This document shows, in pieces, positions 22,554-34,379 of a stretch of 64,000 bases of DNA (the first letter of the stretch is position 1; each line of letters begins with the position of its first letter). Origin of the DNA: Chlamydiales bacterium (GTDB taxonomy: Bacteria > Chlamydiota > Chlamydiia > Chlamydiales > JAAZZY01); assembly GCA_965206695.1 (NCBI GenBank), contig CBDBKM010000011.1, positions 32,001 through 96,000 of the forward strand. Reading direction: 5' to 3'. Made by a program: the position numbers and the translations under genes. The notes beneath the pieces are model-generated. The model saw only the letters and a program-made list of their open reading frames with translations, did not search any database and was not told the DNA's origin.

Positions 22554-24623
22554 CTGCCCGCAGCTGAATCAGAAAATTCATCTTATAGTATTTTAATTTT
22601 TATTTGATAATATGTTATCCTTCTTTTTTTATACAAACAGTAAGGACAAAACAATGCCTAGAGCCTATTCAGTAGATCTTCGAGAGAAAGTATTACAACA
22701 TATAGAAAAACATCATGATAAAAAAACAGCCGGCCATATTTTTCAAGTAGGTATCGCAACAATATATCGATGGATCTTGCAAAAAAAGCAAAAAGGACAT
22801 TTAAAGCCAATCCGCAGAAAATATGCTTATAAGAAATTAGATGATGAGTTGTTATCTAAATATGTAGAAAAACATCCGGATTATTTTTTATCGGAAATTG
22901 CTGATTATTTTTCAGTCACTCCGCAAACGATTTTTTATGCCCTTAAAAGATTAAAAATTACACGAAAAAAAAAAACTACTCGCTATAAGGAAAGAGATGA
23001 AAAGAAACGGGAAGCTTTTATGAAAGATTTAAAAAATATTCCCTTTGACAAGAGAATTTATCTCGATGAAACCGGGATTCATCAATTTTTATTTCGTGAG
23101 TCCGGAAGAAGCTTACGCGGCAAAAAAGTTTTTGGAGCGGTTTCAGGAAACCGCTTTATAAGGCAAAATATTATTTCAGCCCTATCTAAAGGGCAGTTTT
23201 TATCTCCAATGTGTTTTGAAGGTACTTGTAATACCGGGTTATTCAATATTTGGCTTAAGGAAGTTTTGACTCCTCAGCTTACACCCGGTAGTGTTCTTAT
23301 TCTTGACAATGCCGGTTTTCACAAGTCAGCGGAAAGCAGGAAAACAGTAGAATCTGCCGGTTGTAAGCTTATGTTTCTTCCTCCCTATTCTCCGGACTTA
23401 AATCCTATAGAAAAATATTGGGCTAATATGAAAAATAAAGTTAGAGAGATATTACGAAAAGTTACGAATTTTAAATTCGCCATTGATCAAGCAATCTTAT
23501 CAATGTAAAATTAAATGACTATAAAGGACAATTAATATGATTAATAATAATTTTTTGACCTAATTGCTCTTTCATTTTTGGGATTTCTTCAAAAAAGAAC
23601 GTTCGGATAGTGTCACTGAAGTCAATAAATTTCTCGTAGCACTTATTGTAAGTTTTTTTCTCCCTCATCACCTTCCGGAACCTCTCTATTGGATTCAAAT
23701 TGGGTGAATATGGAGGCAAGTAATGGATTGTCATCTTTGATGTAATAAGAAATTCATTAATCTTTTTGTTTTTATTGGATCGGCCATTATCACAAATAAT
23801 CTGAATGGATTCAGCATCGGATGACTGTTCCAAATTTTTTTAAAAATTTATTACATTATCGGCATTTATCGTATCATATTCTTGCGCAAAGACTTCAATC
23901 TTAGCAGGCGATAAAGCCCCTAGAAAATGCATTCTAAATTGTTTGTTCGTAGTCGGGAGCGTTTGTATCTCTTCCTTCTTTATCCGGCCGGATACGGCTT
24001 GAGACCGGAATTCAGGATGCACAGCATCCAAAAAATAAATCTTCTCGCCTTTTCCTAATGCAGCTTTCAAGCTCATGTATGACTCTATAAAATCTTGTTG
24101 CCTTTGTGGATCTAACTTTCCCGGAACTTTCAAAGGCTCTTGTTAGGTAAACGCATGATCTTTGAGCCAAGGGGTTATTCCGGATACTGAATAGATGATG
24201 TTATATCGTTCTTTGATGTACTTATAGATTTGTTTTGCATGAAAATAGGTGAATATTTGAAGGTGTTCCAACAACTTTTGCGTCCGTATTTTATTTAGTT
24301 TACCGGCGCTTCCGCCTTTAGGGGCGTGATTCGTTTTTGTCAACTCTTCGTATTCCGTCAAATATCGATATACGCTTGCTATAGCTATTCGATGAGCTTG
24401 AGCGATTGACTTGGGAGACATTCCTTCGCTTCTTGCTAAAATCACACATAAACGTAATCGTTCATGTATATTACGAGTGTTTCTTGCGCGATTCTCAAGG
24501 TTAGATTTTTCTTTTGGTGAAAGGTGCATTTTATGATGTAGATCAAAATTTAAAGAAGTAAGGTTACTCTATCACTAACTAATTTTTTAACAACATTCCT
24601 CTGATTCAGCTACGAGCAGTATA
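22550..24623 (-). mobile_element. IS630-B copy 2 (inactivated) containing IS630-A
   Basis: Same TIRs as copy 1; ORF fragments 24143-24529, 23840-24133, 23519-23833. Confidence 0.92.
22584..23523 (+). mobile_element. IS630-A copy 2, single fused 298-aa ORF (A11 tract)
   Basis: Same ends as copy 1; ORF 22612-23508 uninterrupted. Confidence 0.95.
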
Positions 24624-24694
24624 TACAAAATCAAAAAAACAAGTAGACGCTATCATTCCAATGCTACAGCAAAGGGTTTTCTCGCTTAATTGTC
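24620..24694 (-). mobile_element. IS200/IS605 left end plus last tnpA codons (fragment 2)
   Basis: Inverted near-copy of 22479-22553, preceded by TTTAT on the minus strand. Confidence 0.85.
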
Positions 24695-24727
24695 ATAAAA
24701 TAGAGATTTTTCAATAATAAAGGATTT

Positions 24728-27700
24728 CTATTCCTTTTCATCATTATTTTCAACTGCTTCACTAATATCTGAGATGACTCCTTGATCCATTGCCGAACCA
24801 CCAACTTGCGCCGAATCCGCTATAAAAGGTGGTACAGGTACAAAAATAGTTGAGGTATCAATAGGTTTCGGAGAAAAGTTTAAAGGATCGTTAGCAAACA
24901 ATAGACTGTTTTTAAAGCTTTGCAATCGGTTCGCTCCAAATTGAAAAGCCAGATTATAAGGAGTATTACCGGTACCTACAGTTGCCGTTGGAACAGGTAA
25001 ATTCATATTTCTACCTGCTATAATATGGTTAGCATGGTTAGTGTATAACTCGCCATTGGATGCAAGAATTTGATAAGGAGGATGCAATTGCGGCGCATAA
25101 TTTAAAGCACTAATTGAAACTGAACCTCCGGCTACGGTATCGATGGCAGAATAAGTTTGAGCTGCCCCCATTGTAATACTTAAATCACCAATAGAGGTAA
25201 TAGAATCGAATGGACCAAACTGAAGCATATCGCATACAATAGTTAGATTAGCACCATTAGGGTTACCATAAATTGTGGCAATACTTTGAAAATTCGTTCT
25301 TAAGTTACCAAGAGGTTGTAATTGCACGGTTGCATTAGCTCCTAAAGTAGCTCCGGTTCCTCCTCTAGCAATAATACTATCAAAAATCCCTATCCTTCCA
25401 ACAGGAAAATCTCCTTGAGCAAAACCGAGCCCGGTCGCGCCATTTGGCGTTAGTGTAACGACTCCGGCAGCTCCTCCGGTAGTTGCCCCTCCACCTGTTG
25501 CATTACCACCGGATGTGTCAATTTTATTTACTATAATCGAAGCAGTATTAGACTGTAGATAAATAGGTCCACCGGCAGCTCCTGTTCCCCCGGCATTGGT
25601 GGTATCACCACCTATAGTTAAAATATCGCCTGTAAATTTCACTTCTCCGACGAAAGGCAAAAAGCGTACCACCCCTCCCATAGTACCCGGAGTTCCGGCA
25701 GTACCCGATGTAGTAATAGAGTTCAATAAAGCATCACCTGCACCTGTTACTTGAGCGACAGTGAATTGTGCAACATTGATATTGCCTTTACTTATCAGAG
25801 TATTGACATCCAGAATGTTTATAGTAACTAAACGATTATTACCCACACTTTCTCTAATAATACTTTTATTGAAGTTGATCGCACCATCTGCATTGGTAAG
25901 AGTGAATGCTCTCGTTGCATTATTATCAGGTTCAATGGTCCCATGGAAAGTAATCGCGCCTCCGCCGGTCTCGGTTAAAGAAACATTTGTACTAATAATC
26001 AAATTATTATTAAAAATCATGGTACTACCATTAGTTGATATATCTGCACCAAGATCAATCTTGCCTCCTGAAAAACTTACGGATCTTAAAGGTGTAGGGA
26101 TTCCAATATTCGCAGCAATCGTTACATCTCCTGTTCCGGCATTCGCCACTAAGCTCCCGGCTCCTGTTACTGCAGCATTCAACTGAATAGCAGCTCCTGC
26201 ACTCCCATTAACCGTATTAAGATTTAAAGCAGCACCTGTTGGAATCGTAATAGCATTTAGTGCCAAAATCCGACCATCTGTTTGAATAGTACCTTGTGCT
26301 GTTATCATATTTGCAAATGTGATCGTAGGAGTTTGAAAGAAAGAAAGTGTCGCAGTATTAGCAGTATTAAAAATAGAGCCTGCTACCGGAGAATTTGTTA
26401 AAACAGGAGTCGTAAAACTCCCTCCTGAATTAATAGTAACGATACTAGCGGCATTCGTTCCATAATCAATCGATGTACCTGCAGTTATATTGACAGTATC
26501 AAAAACTAAAGGTACAGCGGCTCCTCCTGCATTAAAATCGGCAGTTGTTGTTATATTACATGTAAAGTTATCAACTGCAAATGTTTGAGCCGTCGTTAAA
26601 CTAAATTGGTTAGCTGTTATATTCATGTTGGTTATATCAACATTACTCCCACCAAAAGTAGTATTAGCCGTACCTGTATTAATCGTTAAGCCACCAACTG
26701 TTGTTGGCGACAACTCAGTTATAGAATTATTAATAACAAGAGCATTATTGGTGGTATTCAATGACCCGTTTCCGTTTAAAACTATCTGATCCAGTGTAAG
26801 CGGGCAAATAGTCATGATCAAGCCTCTAGGTCTTACGATTGTTCCCGTATTAGCAGTAATGCTACCCGTAGTAGCAAAAACAATACTACTTGAATCATTC
26901 CGGCCTAAATTAACCGTTAAAATACCGGTACCTTGTCTATTAAAGTTTATATTTGATGTGATGTTACTCGATCCATATAAATTTAATGTCGCATTATCAT
27001 TATTTGGTGTTGTAAATGAGAGTGCTTGATTACCACTTAAGGTCTCCGTAATAGTGAAGGGCTGACTATTCGGTAGTTCTATCGTTGGTAAGTTGGCAGT
27101 GAAATTTGTTATGCTGCTTGCATTAGACGAGGATATTAGCCACCGGCCATCAGTTGTGATAACTAAGTTGGCTAAAGGACCCACAGCGCCCGTACCTCTA
27201 TTAATTAAATTATTACCAAAAGCTCCTAAATCAATAGTTAATGTCGAAGGCGTTGTTTCCCTAAAAGTTTCAATACTCATATTTCCGGCAGCAGTCATAG
27301 TAATAGTGGAATTCCCTGCCACACTCAATGTGCCAAATTCAATAGCCCCTCCACAACTAAGGTTACCGTTTAATGTAATATTACCTGCCATAGTGCTACT
27401 ATCAAAACTACCAAATGTAAAAGTAGAAGTAGGACCGCTACCTAAAACAACATTTATAGAAGCTGCAGGATCTACATTATTCGTTATTGTCCCGGAACCT
27501 AATAATTGGGTATTAGCACTAAGCGAAGTAATGCCCGTTGTGGTGGATGTTAACGTTCCGGATATCACTGAGTTTGCTTTGATATTATATCCAATCGCTC
27601 CTTGTAAAGTTAGATTTCTTGCTATTATCGTATCTCCTAAAGAAAATAGACCCGTACCTGTAACAGTCATATCTCTGAGAGTAGCACTATTTATCCCGAC

Positions 27701-29839
27701 CTGCCCACTAAGTATTAAATCAAAGCTTGCTCCCGTAACGGCTCCCCAAGAACCGGAGGAAAGACCCACTGATGTATTTAAAGTCGTGTTACCTAACAGA
27801 GTGGTCGTTGCTACATTCACATCAGCCATATTTTGAGCATGCGTACCCGTTATACTTCCATTAATTCGAATGTTTGCACCGGTAGGGGTACCCCCATTAA
27901 TCTTTAAATAGGCAAACGTCAATGCTGCAGGAATTGCAGCCGTTCCAACATTGATATTAGTAATATTGAAAAAACCCGGCCCAATTGTATTTTGCGTTGA
28001 AGTCGCATTACCTAAAAATGTTACCGTTGTATTAACCGTTTGAGTCGCATCCCCATTGAAAATTAAAGCATTTGCTGCTAAGGTACTATTAAATGTGCTA
28101 TTACCATTGGCAGCAAACGTTCCCAGAGAGCTCACAGCTTCTGAAAAAGTAGCTATGGGAAATGTTGCATTAGCCGCTGCTTGTGCAATGGTGAGATCAG
28201 GCATTCCTACCCCGGTAACTGCTGTGCTAAAAACAGCCGTTCCCGCAACACCGCTTCTTTCATGTAATGTAAAAGTGATGTCGTCATTTAGGGTCGTCGT
28301 ACCGCCTGTTCCGGTGTTAATCGTTAGGGTATGCACATCAACTGTTCCGGCAGCTACAAAATTAAAAGCTACAGCGCCCGCATCTGCTGTTTGGAGAGTA
28401 ACAGCACAAGCTCTTAGATCAAAATTTTGACTGATATTAACTTGAGTGCCGCCATAAAAAAAAGCATTAAAAGCCAGAGGATTTAAAATAGCTGCAGTAA
28501 TATTTAAATCAGCCGTACAAGCGACTATTAAATTAGTACCGTTAAATGAATTTATCAATGCCACAGGTAAGTTAACAGTTCCACCTGCAACAGGAGGAAA
28601 AGTGTTAACCTCTGCTAATGTACCTGTTCCGCCCGCTGCTATATTAATGGTAGTCGGATCTAACAGCCAGGTACCACCAAAGCCATTAATAGCTCCTACG
28701 TCTACATCACCAAAATGCGTTGTTAATTGCCCTTTACCGGAGGTCTCTATAAAACCGCCGTCACCGGCAAGTTGTCCTCCTGTAGCTTGAATCAATCCGT
28801 TGAAAAAAGTATGTTCTTCTGACCATAGGATAATTCTACCACCATCACCATGATTATAAGCATTTGCTCTGACAACAGTATCGCTATCTACTAAAGTCCT
28901 TGTCGCATTAAAAACACTATTTTCACCTTTATAGTCGCCACCACAAAGAATAACCCCTCCACCGGCATCACCACTTGCGTCGATTACAGCTCCGACAACG
29001 CGAAGTTCTTCAGCATATAATTGAATAGAGCCTCCTTGAGCTCCCGGAGTGGCATTCGATACATCAACGACTCCGCCTATTTCAGCAATAGCGTCTGATG
29101 CAAAGACAATACAATCTTCTGATCGGATCCTTCCTTTATTTTCAATAGCCAAAGATAGAAGATCCGATGATCCAATCACACCGTCTTGATTTACAAACTC
29201 TTCTGATGAAGGATTGTGATTTTCTAAAATTAAGAAAACATGGCCACCTGCTTGACCTATTAAAAGATTGCCATCATTTGTTGTAAAAGCACTTACCCCT
29301 TTTCCGGCTACAATCTCACCAAAATTAGCGATATGTTTTCCGATTAAATGAACGAATGTATCAGATAAAATCGCTCCTTGATTGATAATATCACCATTCA
29401 TATCTGTAAAACGATCAATGCTTTGTAAAAAATCTTGATCAGATATTTTTGCAGCCGCAGCAAAAATAGCACCCACATCAATAATAGCATTGTCAGAAAA
29501 AATAATCCCACAAGGGTTTACCAAATATACGATTCCATTTGCATGCAATAACCCATCAATATGTGTAGGCATTGCAGATTCAATACGATTGAGTACTTTT
29601 GATTGAGCATCCGGCTGAACAAAATGAACCGACTCATTCGATGCTATATCAAAACTCTCAAAATGAATGACACTATTATGAGATGCTTGAATTGTCGTAT
29701 TTATCCCCTCTTGTACAATAACAACATCACCATGCATAACCTGTGGTAATTGAGGAGAAGCGTGACAATAACTCACATAACTCAAAGTAATTATAATGAA
29801 AAATTTAAACCCTTTCATGATTGGCTCACCTAAAATCAT
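24728..29839 (-). CDS. Filamentous haemagglutinin-like TpsA exoprotein
   Basis: Signal peptide, TPS domain (FESFDI..VHFVQP..VLNRI..VYLVNPCGI), GGFIETSG, WLLDP, G/T/N/A-rich beta-helix body; 1703 aa. Confidence 0.92.
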   Translation of the reverse strand: MILGEPIMKGFKFFIIITLSYVSYCHASPQLPQVMHGDVVIVQEGINTTIQASHNSVIHFESFDIASNESVHFVQPDAQSKVLNRIESAMPTHIDGLLHANGIVYLVNPCGIIFSDNAIIDVGAIFAAAAKISDQDFLQSIDRFTDMNGDIINQGAILSDTFVHLIGKHIANFGEIVAGKGVSAFTTNDGNLLIGQAGGHVFLILENHNPSSEEFVNQDGVIGSSDLLSLAIENKGRIRSEDCIVFASDAIAEIGGVVDVSNATPGAQGGSIQLYAEELRVVGAVIDASGDAGGGVILCGGDYKGENSVFNATRTLVDSDTVVRANAYNHGDGGRIILWSEEHTFFNGLIQATGGQLAGDGGFIETSGKGQLTTHFGDVDVGAINGFGGTWLLDPTTINIAAGGTGTLAEVNTFPPVAGGTVNLPVALINSFNGTNLIVACTADLNITAAILNPLAFNAFFYGGTQVNISQNFDLRACAVTLQTADAGAVAFNFVAAGTVDVHTLTINTGTGGTTTLNDDITFTLHERSGVAGTAVFSTAVTGVGMPDLTIAQAAANATFPIATFSEAVSSLGTFAANGNSTFNSTLAANALIFNGDATQTVNTTVTFLGNATSTQNTIGPGFFNITNINVGTAAIPAALTFAYLKINGGTPTGANIRINGSITGTHAQNMADVNVATTTLLGNTTLNTSVGLSSGSWGAVTGASFDLILSGQVGINSATLRDMTVTGTGLFSLGDTIIARNLTLQGAIGYNIKANSVISGTLTSTTTGITSLSANTQLLGSGTITNNVDPAASINVVLGSGPTSTFTFGSFDSSTMAGNITLNGNLSCGGAIEFGTLSVAGNSTITMTAAGNMSIETFRETTPSTLTIDLGAFGNNLINRGTGAVGPLANLVITTDGRWLISSSNASSITNFTANLPTIELPNSQPFTITETLSGNQALSFTTPNNDNATLNLYGSSNITSNINFNRQGTGILTVNLGRNDSSSIVFATTGSITANTGTIVRPRGLIMTICPLTLDQIVLNGNGSLNTTNNALVINNSITELSPTTVGGLTINTGTANTTFGGSNVDITNMNITANQFSLTTAQTFAVDNFTCNITTTADFNAGGAAVPLVFDTVNITAGTSIDYGTNAASIVTINSGGSFTTPVLTNSPVAGSIFNTANTATLSFFQTPTITFANMITAQGTIQTDGRILALNAITIPTGAALNLNTVNGSAGAAIQLNAAVTGAGSLVANAGTGDVTIAANIGIPTPLRSVSFSGGKIDLGADISTNGSTMIFNNNLIISTNVSLTETGGGAITFHGTIEPDNNATRAFTLTNADGAINFNKSIIRESVGNNRLVTINILDVNTLISKGNINVAQFTVAQVTGAGDALLNSITTSGTAGTPGTMGGVVRFLPFVGEVKFTGDILTIGGDTTNAGGTGAAGGPIYLQSNTASIIVNKIDTSGGNATGGGATTGGAAGVVTLTPNGATGLGFAQGDFPVGRIGIFDSIIARGGTGATLGANATVQLQPLGNLRTNFQSIATIYGNPNGANLTIVCDMLQFGPFDSITSIGDLSITMGAAQTYSAIDTVAGGSVSISALNYAPQLHPPYQILASNGELYTNHANHIIAGRNMNLPVPTATVGTGNTPYNLAFQFGANRLQSFKNSLLFANDPLNFSPKPIDTSTIFVPVPPFIADSAQVGGSAMDQGVISDISEAVENNDEKE

Positions 29840-30119
29840 ATGATACGAAATTACAATACAACTTATTCCGGATCTTATAGAGACGCTTTTTTTAAAAAAA
29901 GGATTTTAATGATTTTAGAAAAAAAGATTAGATGATTTTATTTCGATATAACATCAATTACTCTCTAAAATAGTCAATATAATAGGATCTTTTTCAGAAA
30001 TTATTTTTTCATTTTGATTAAGAGTGCTGCACGACTAATGATTGGATATGAGATAAGCGAAATACAAGAGAAGTGAGTAATAAGAATGTTAAACTAAGCG
30101 TTTAAAAGTAAGAAAAGAG

Positions 30120-31490
30120 AGATTTAAAATAAATATTTGATAGATAATGATGCGTCCTCCCTCCGGTTCATCACAATCCTTCTTAAGGCCTTGTTCAAAT
30201 TAAAGCACAAAGCTTTCATATAAAGTTGTCCTTCGACTTTTAATCGATAAAAATAAGAAGCTCTACCTATACAAAATTTTCTTTTTAAAGTACCGAAAGC
30301 TTGCTCTATAGTCATTTAATTTTACATTGATAAGATTGCTTGATCAATGGCGAATTTAAAATTCGTAACTTTTCGTAATATCTCTCTAACTTTATTTTTC
30401 ATATTAGCCCAATATTTTTCTATAGGATTTAAGTCCGGAGAATATGGGGGAAGAAACATAAGCTTACAACCGGCAGATTCTACTGTTTTCCTGCTTTCCG
30501 CTGACTTGTGAAAACCGGCATTGTCAAGAATAAGAACACTACCGGGTGTAAGCTGAGGAGTCAAAACTTCCTTAAGCCAAATATTGAATAACCCGGTATT
30601 ACAAGTACCTTCAAAACACATTGGAGACAAAAACTGCCCTTTAGATAGGGCTGAAATAATATTTTGCCTTATAAAGCGGTTTCCTGAAACCGCTCCAAAA
30701 ACTTTTTTGCCGCGTAAGCTTCTTCCGGACTCACGAAATAAAAATTGATGAATCCCGGTTTCATCGAGATAAATTCTCTTGTCAAAGGGAATATTTTTTA
30801 AATCTTTCATAAAAGCTTCCCGTTTCTTTTCATCTCTTTCCTTATAGCGAGTAGTTTTTTTTTTCGTGTAATTTTTAATCTTTTAAGGGCATAAAAAATC
30901 GTTTGCGGAGTGACTGAAAAATAATCAGCAATTTCCGATAAAAAATAATCCGGATGTTTTTCTACATATTTAGATAACAACTCATCATCTAATTTCTTAT
31001 AAGCATATTTTCTGCGGATTGGCTTTAAATGTCCTTTTTGCTTTTTTTGCAAGATCCATCGATATATTGTTGCGATACCTACTTGAAAAATATGGCCGGC
31101 TGTTTTTTTATCATGATGTTTTTCTATATGTTGTAATACTTTCTCTCGGAGATCTACTGAATAGGCTCTAGGCATTGTTTTGTCCTTATTGTTTGTATAA
31201 AAAAAGAAGGATAACATATTATCAAATAAAAATTAAAGTACTATATATGAAATCGTCTTCTCGCAATTATTTTATTAAATAGACGTTGACTCCATTTTAA
31301 AGGATGACCCTTAACCGCTTGATGAGAAAGACCGTCTCGAATAGCGTGCTTTCTTAAATGAGAGCAGTTATCTGATGATGAGAAACCCTTATCGGTCAAT
31401 AAACGTTTACCGTGAGTATAACTTATGATCTGTGGCAATTGGGTTACCTCAGATTCATTCGCCGGTCTGAGGTATATACACATTTAAGCT
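30120..31490 (-). pseudogene. IS5-family transposase 3' part, split by IS630-A
   Basis: RPANESEV, TDKGFSS, ARRRFH|IEQAFGTLKRKF, FNLNKA; the halves rejoin across the IS630-A insertion. Confidence 0.85.
30307..31245 (-). mobile_element. IS630-A copy 3 (A10 tract)
   Basis: Same ends and ORFs as copy 1, reverse strand. Confidence 0.95.
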
Positions 31491-31499
31491 GAAGAGTTG

Positions 31500-31995
31500 A
31501 TAATTTGGTGCGGTTTTATAAGTCGAAAATTATCCTTAATCCGTTTTTTTTAAATATTCGAATACTTATTAAACGGATTTGCAAGTGTATTCAGAAACCT
31601 TAAGATCCGGTTTTTAAAATCACTGAATTGTGGATAATATGTATTATTAATGACTTGTTCATTCATCAGCTTCCATAATCGTTCAATAGGATTAAGATTA
31701 GGGCTATAAGGCGGTAAGAATTGCATGTCAATTTTTGAATTTTTTAAAAATGCCTGCACTGTTTTATTACGGTAATACCGTGCATTATCACAGAATAAGT
31801 ACACCTTATCTTTGTAAGGATAAGATAATTCCAGCTTTTTAAAAAAACGAATGGTGGCATCAGTATTAAGCGTTTGGTCTTCCATAATAACAACCTGCTT
31901 AGATTCAATATCAATAGCACCGGAAAGATTGATTCGTTGACGGCCGGTATTAGTCCGAATAGTACCGTTGATACCGGTTTTTATCCGGCCAAATT
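31500..31995 (-). pseudogene. IS630-family transposase 3' fragment (distinct type)
   Basis: TNTGRQRINLSGAID, CDNARYY, LPPYSPNLNPIERLWK. Confidence 0.85.
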
Positions 31996-32069
31996 GTCAT
32001 CATACAACTTTTCATAAAGAGGGTAATTCTTTAGAAGAAGACATAAAGAAATATTTTAAGATGATTGCT

Positions 32070-33989
32070 TTAGTATAAGAATGTAACACTATAGTTAAAG
32101 CGATTACTGCCCGTTTCTACATTTAATAATGATACAGGAGTCAAGGCAGTTGCCCAATCCATTCTAAAAGCAAAGTTTTGTCTAAAGAGAATTTCTATTC
32201 CAAAACCTAAACCAACCATCGTAGCATCGGTTTCAAATGCTATTCTTCTATTGTTAACCGCATTACCCGAATCAACAAAGAAGCGGAAGATTAAATCCCA
32301 ATCTACAGGTCCACCCGGATATTGAGGTGCATATCGGAAAGGTTTACCTAATACGTTTTGAATAGGTTTTTTTACGGGAGGGAAAAGCCTGGGAATATGT
32401 AATAAATATTCTGATGTTGTTAGGAAAACTGAGTCACCGGAAGTTAATGCTTCAGGATAAGCTCTAACAGTGTTAAAGCCTCCGGCTACTCCTTTCATTT
32501 GAGGAATCAATCTATAATCAAAAGCATATTGCCCTCTACACCTTAATGCTATTTCATTAGCTAAAGCCTCAGAATGCATCCATTCAAAACCTGTCCTATT
32601 GAAAAATGGTTCTAAATAAAAAGCTATTGATACATCCCAATAAAAGATCTGCCAATGATGATTGGTAGCAAAACGACCCAGATTATCTATTTGCTTACGA
32701 TTACTTCCCATGGACCAACGAGGGTTAATCTCAAGAGCATAAGACATATTGAAGCGATAGTCTCTTTCAATCTTTTCAATAGACAATTCAAACTTAGGAA
32801 GAAGAAATAACTGATTTCCCGATACTGTATTTCCTGTAGCTAAAGCAGGGTTAGAAACATGGACTTTTCTATATTGTATTGATGGATTGAAATCGATAAA
32901 GAGTGCTTTCTTTTGAAAAGCGTTCATAATCCACATCGATCCGACAACGAACTGCTCACCCACAAAACTTCTACCTAAGATACCTAATTCAGCTGATTCA
33001 AATCGGTTATACATTAAGTTGTTATTCCATCTAACACGTCTCGTTGCGAAAGGACATTCATATGATACATAACCACTATAAATATTCTTGAATCCATCAG
33101 TAGAATAATAGCCTCTAAAAGTATCATCATAATTGAATAACTGTGTGTGTGTTAAACCAAAGGATTCTACCCAATCTGCTGTTTGAGGAACCCCTGTATT
33201 TGCAGCATTAAACCAAACATACCAAGGCTTATTTTCTATAATAATGTAGTCAACTCCAACCGAATCATTACTTAAAGGTCGGATATTAGCATCAACTCTT
33301 CGATTCGGATATCTATTTAAGAAGTACACATAGTTATCTAACATGTCATTATCAAGCATATCCCCATCATTATCCGGATAAGCTTGCGCCGGTTGAAGAG
33401 GTGAAGAACTCATTACATACTCATGCTTATTAGCATTTTCTGCATAATCTCTTTGTTTCTTATCTCCTCTTCGGCTCAGAGTTCTTAGTTCTCCTACACG
33501 AGCAGTTGTCACAACTAGTGTAAATCTGGTATCACCGGATAACCTGGCATTATCACCACCACGACTCACTTGATTCTCAGGAACTCTAACAGTAACGCCA
33601 TGAACGCCTTTCTTATTGTAATAATTAACAATAGCCCTAGTTATTGTGGTCAATGCGCTCCTATAAAACCAATGGGATTCATCCATATGTTGGAATTGTC
33701 CTAATCTAAAAGTTTGATAAGGCTCACCTTTTCTACGAGCAATAAATCCTCTTTCCGTAGGAAAAAGATCTACTTTAATTGTCATTAAGTCCCGTATCGT
33801 TTCATGATCTCTATGAGGATTATCATAAACAATTTCTAATGCACCAACGCGATAACGTTGTCCATCAGAGGAATCCGGAAGAATATCGTCCCGGTTGCAT
33901 ACATAGCGAAATGAATCACCATAAGCCACTATAGATATAAGAGGACAACATGCTATGATAAAAAATAAGATTGAACGTTTCAAAAGCAC
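32070..33989 (-). CDS. TpsB (ShlB/FhaC family) outer-membrane transporter
   Basis: Signal peptide, POTRA-like region, GGFNTVRAY (VRGY-like) motif, C-terminal aromatic beta-strand; upstream of and co-oriented with TpsA. Confidence 0.85.
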   Translation of the reverse strand: MLLKRSILFFIIACCPLISIVAYGDSFRYVCNRDDILPDSSDGQRYRVGALEIVYDNPHRDHETIRDLMTIKVDLFPTERGFIARRKGEPYQTFRLGQFQHMDESHWFYRSALTTITRAIVNYYNKKGVHGVTVRVPENQVSRGGDNARLSGDTRFTLVVTTARVGELRTLSRRGDKKQRDYAENANKHEYVMSSSPLQPAQAYPDNDGDMLDNDMLDNYVYFLNRYPNRRVDANIRPLSNDSVGVDYIIIENKPWYVWFNAANTGVPQTADWVESFGLTHTQLFNYDDTFRGYYSTDGFKNIYSGYVSYECPFATRRVRWNNNLMYNRFESAELGILGRSFVGEQFVVGSMWIMNAFQKKALFIDFNPSIQYRKVHVSNPALATGNTVSGNQLFLLPKFELSIEKIERDYRFNMSYALEINPRWSMGSNRKQIDNLGRFATNHHWQIFYWDVSIAFYLEPFFNRTGFEWMHSEALANEIALRCRGQYAFDYRLIPQMKGVAGGFNTVRAYPEALTSGDSVFLTTSEYLLHIPRLFPPVKKPIQNVLGKPFRYAPQYPGGPVDWDLIFRFFVDSGNAVNNRRIAFETDATMVGLGFGIEILFRQNFAFRMDWATALTPVSLLNVETGSNRFNYSVTFLY

Positions 33990-34379
33990 TTTGTAACCCC
34001 CATTTGTTCCAAGAGAAAACCTTTTAATTTATTTTCGCACAATATACAAAAATAAATTTTGATAGCAAAATAAATCCGATAAAAAGTCTTTTTTTTGCAT
34101 CTGATGGATAAATCATTCATTCCACCCCCCCTTAAAAACACTTAATATTACAAATCTACTTCGTTTTTCTTAGTATTCTTTTAGTTTTATCGACAATTAA
34201 TATACCTAGGAATGCTAATGTTCCAACATGCACAAAACATTGAATTATGAAAAGGATGTAATATATTTTTTTTTATAAGACTTGTTGCGCAATAAAAATT
34301 GTATAAGTTTAGCTCTTCTCAATTTTTATCTTTCATCTTCAACTTAAATTGTTCTTCTTTCCATCACATCTATGAGCAC

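Noticed and set aside
25761..28790. Plus-strand ORFs up to 247 aa opposite tpsA
   Set aside because: Antisense shadows of a biased-composition coding strand; no RBS or motifs
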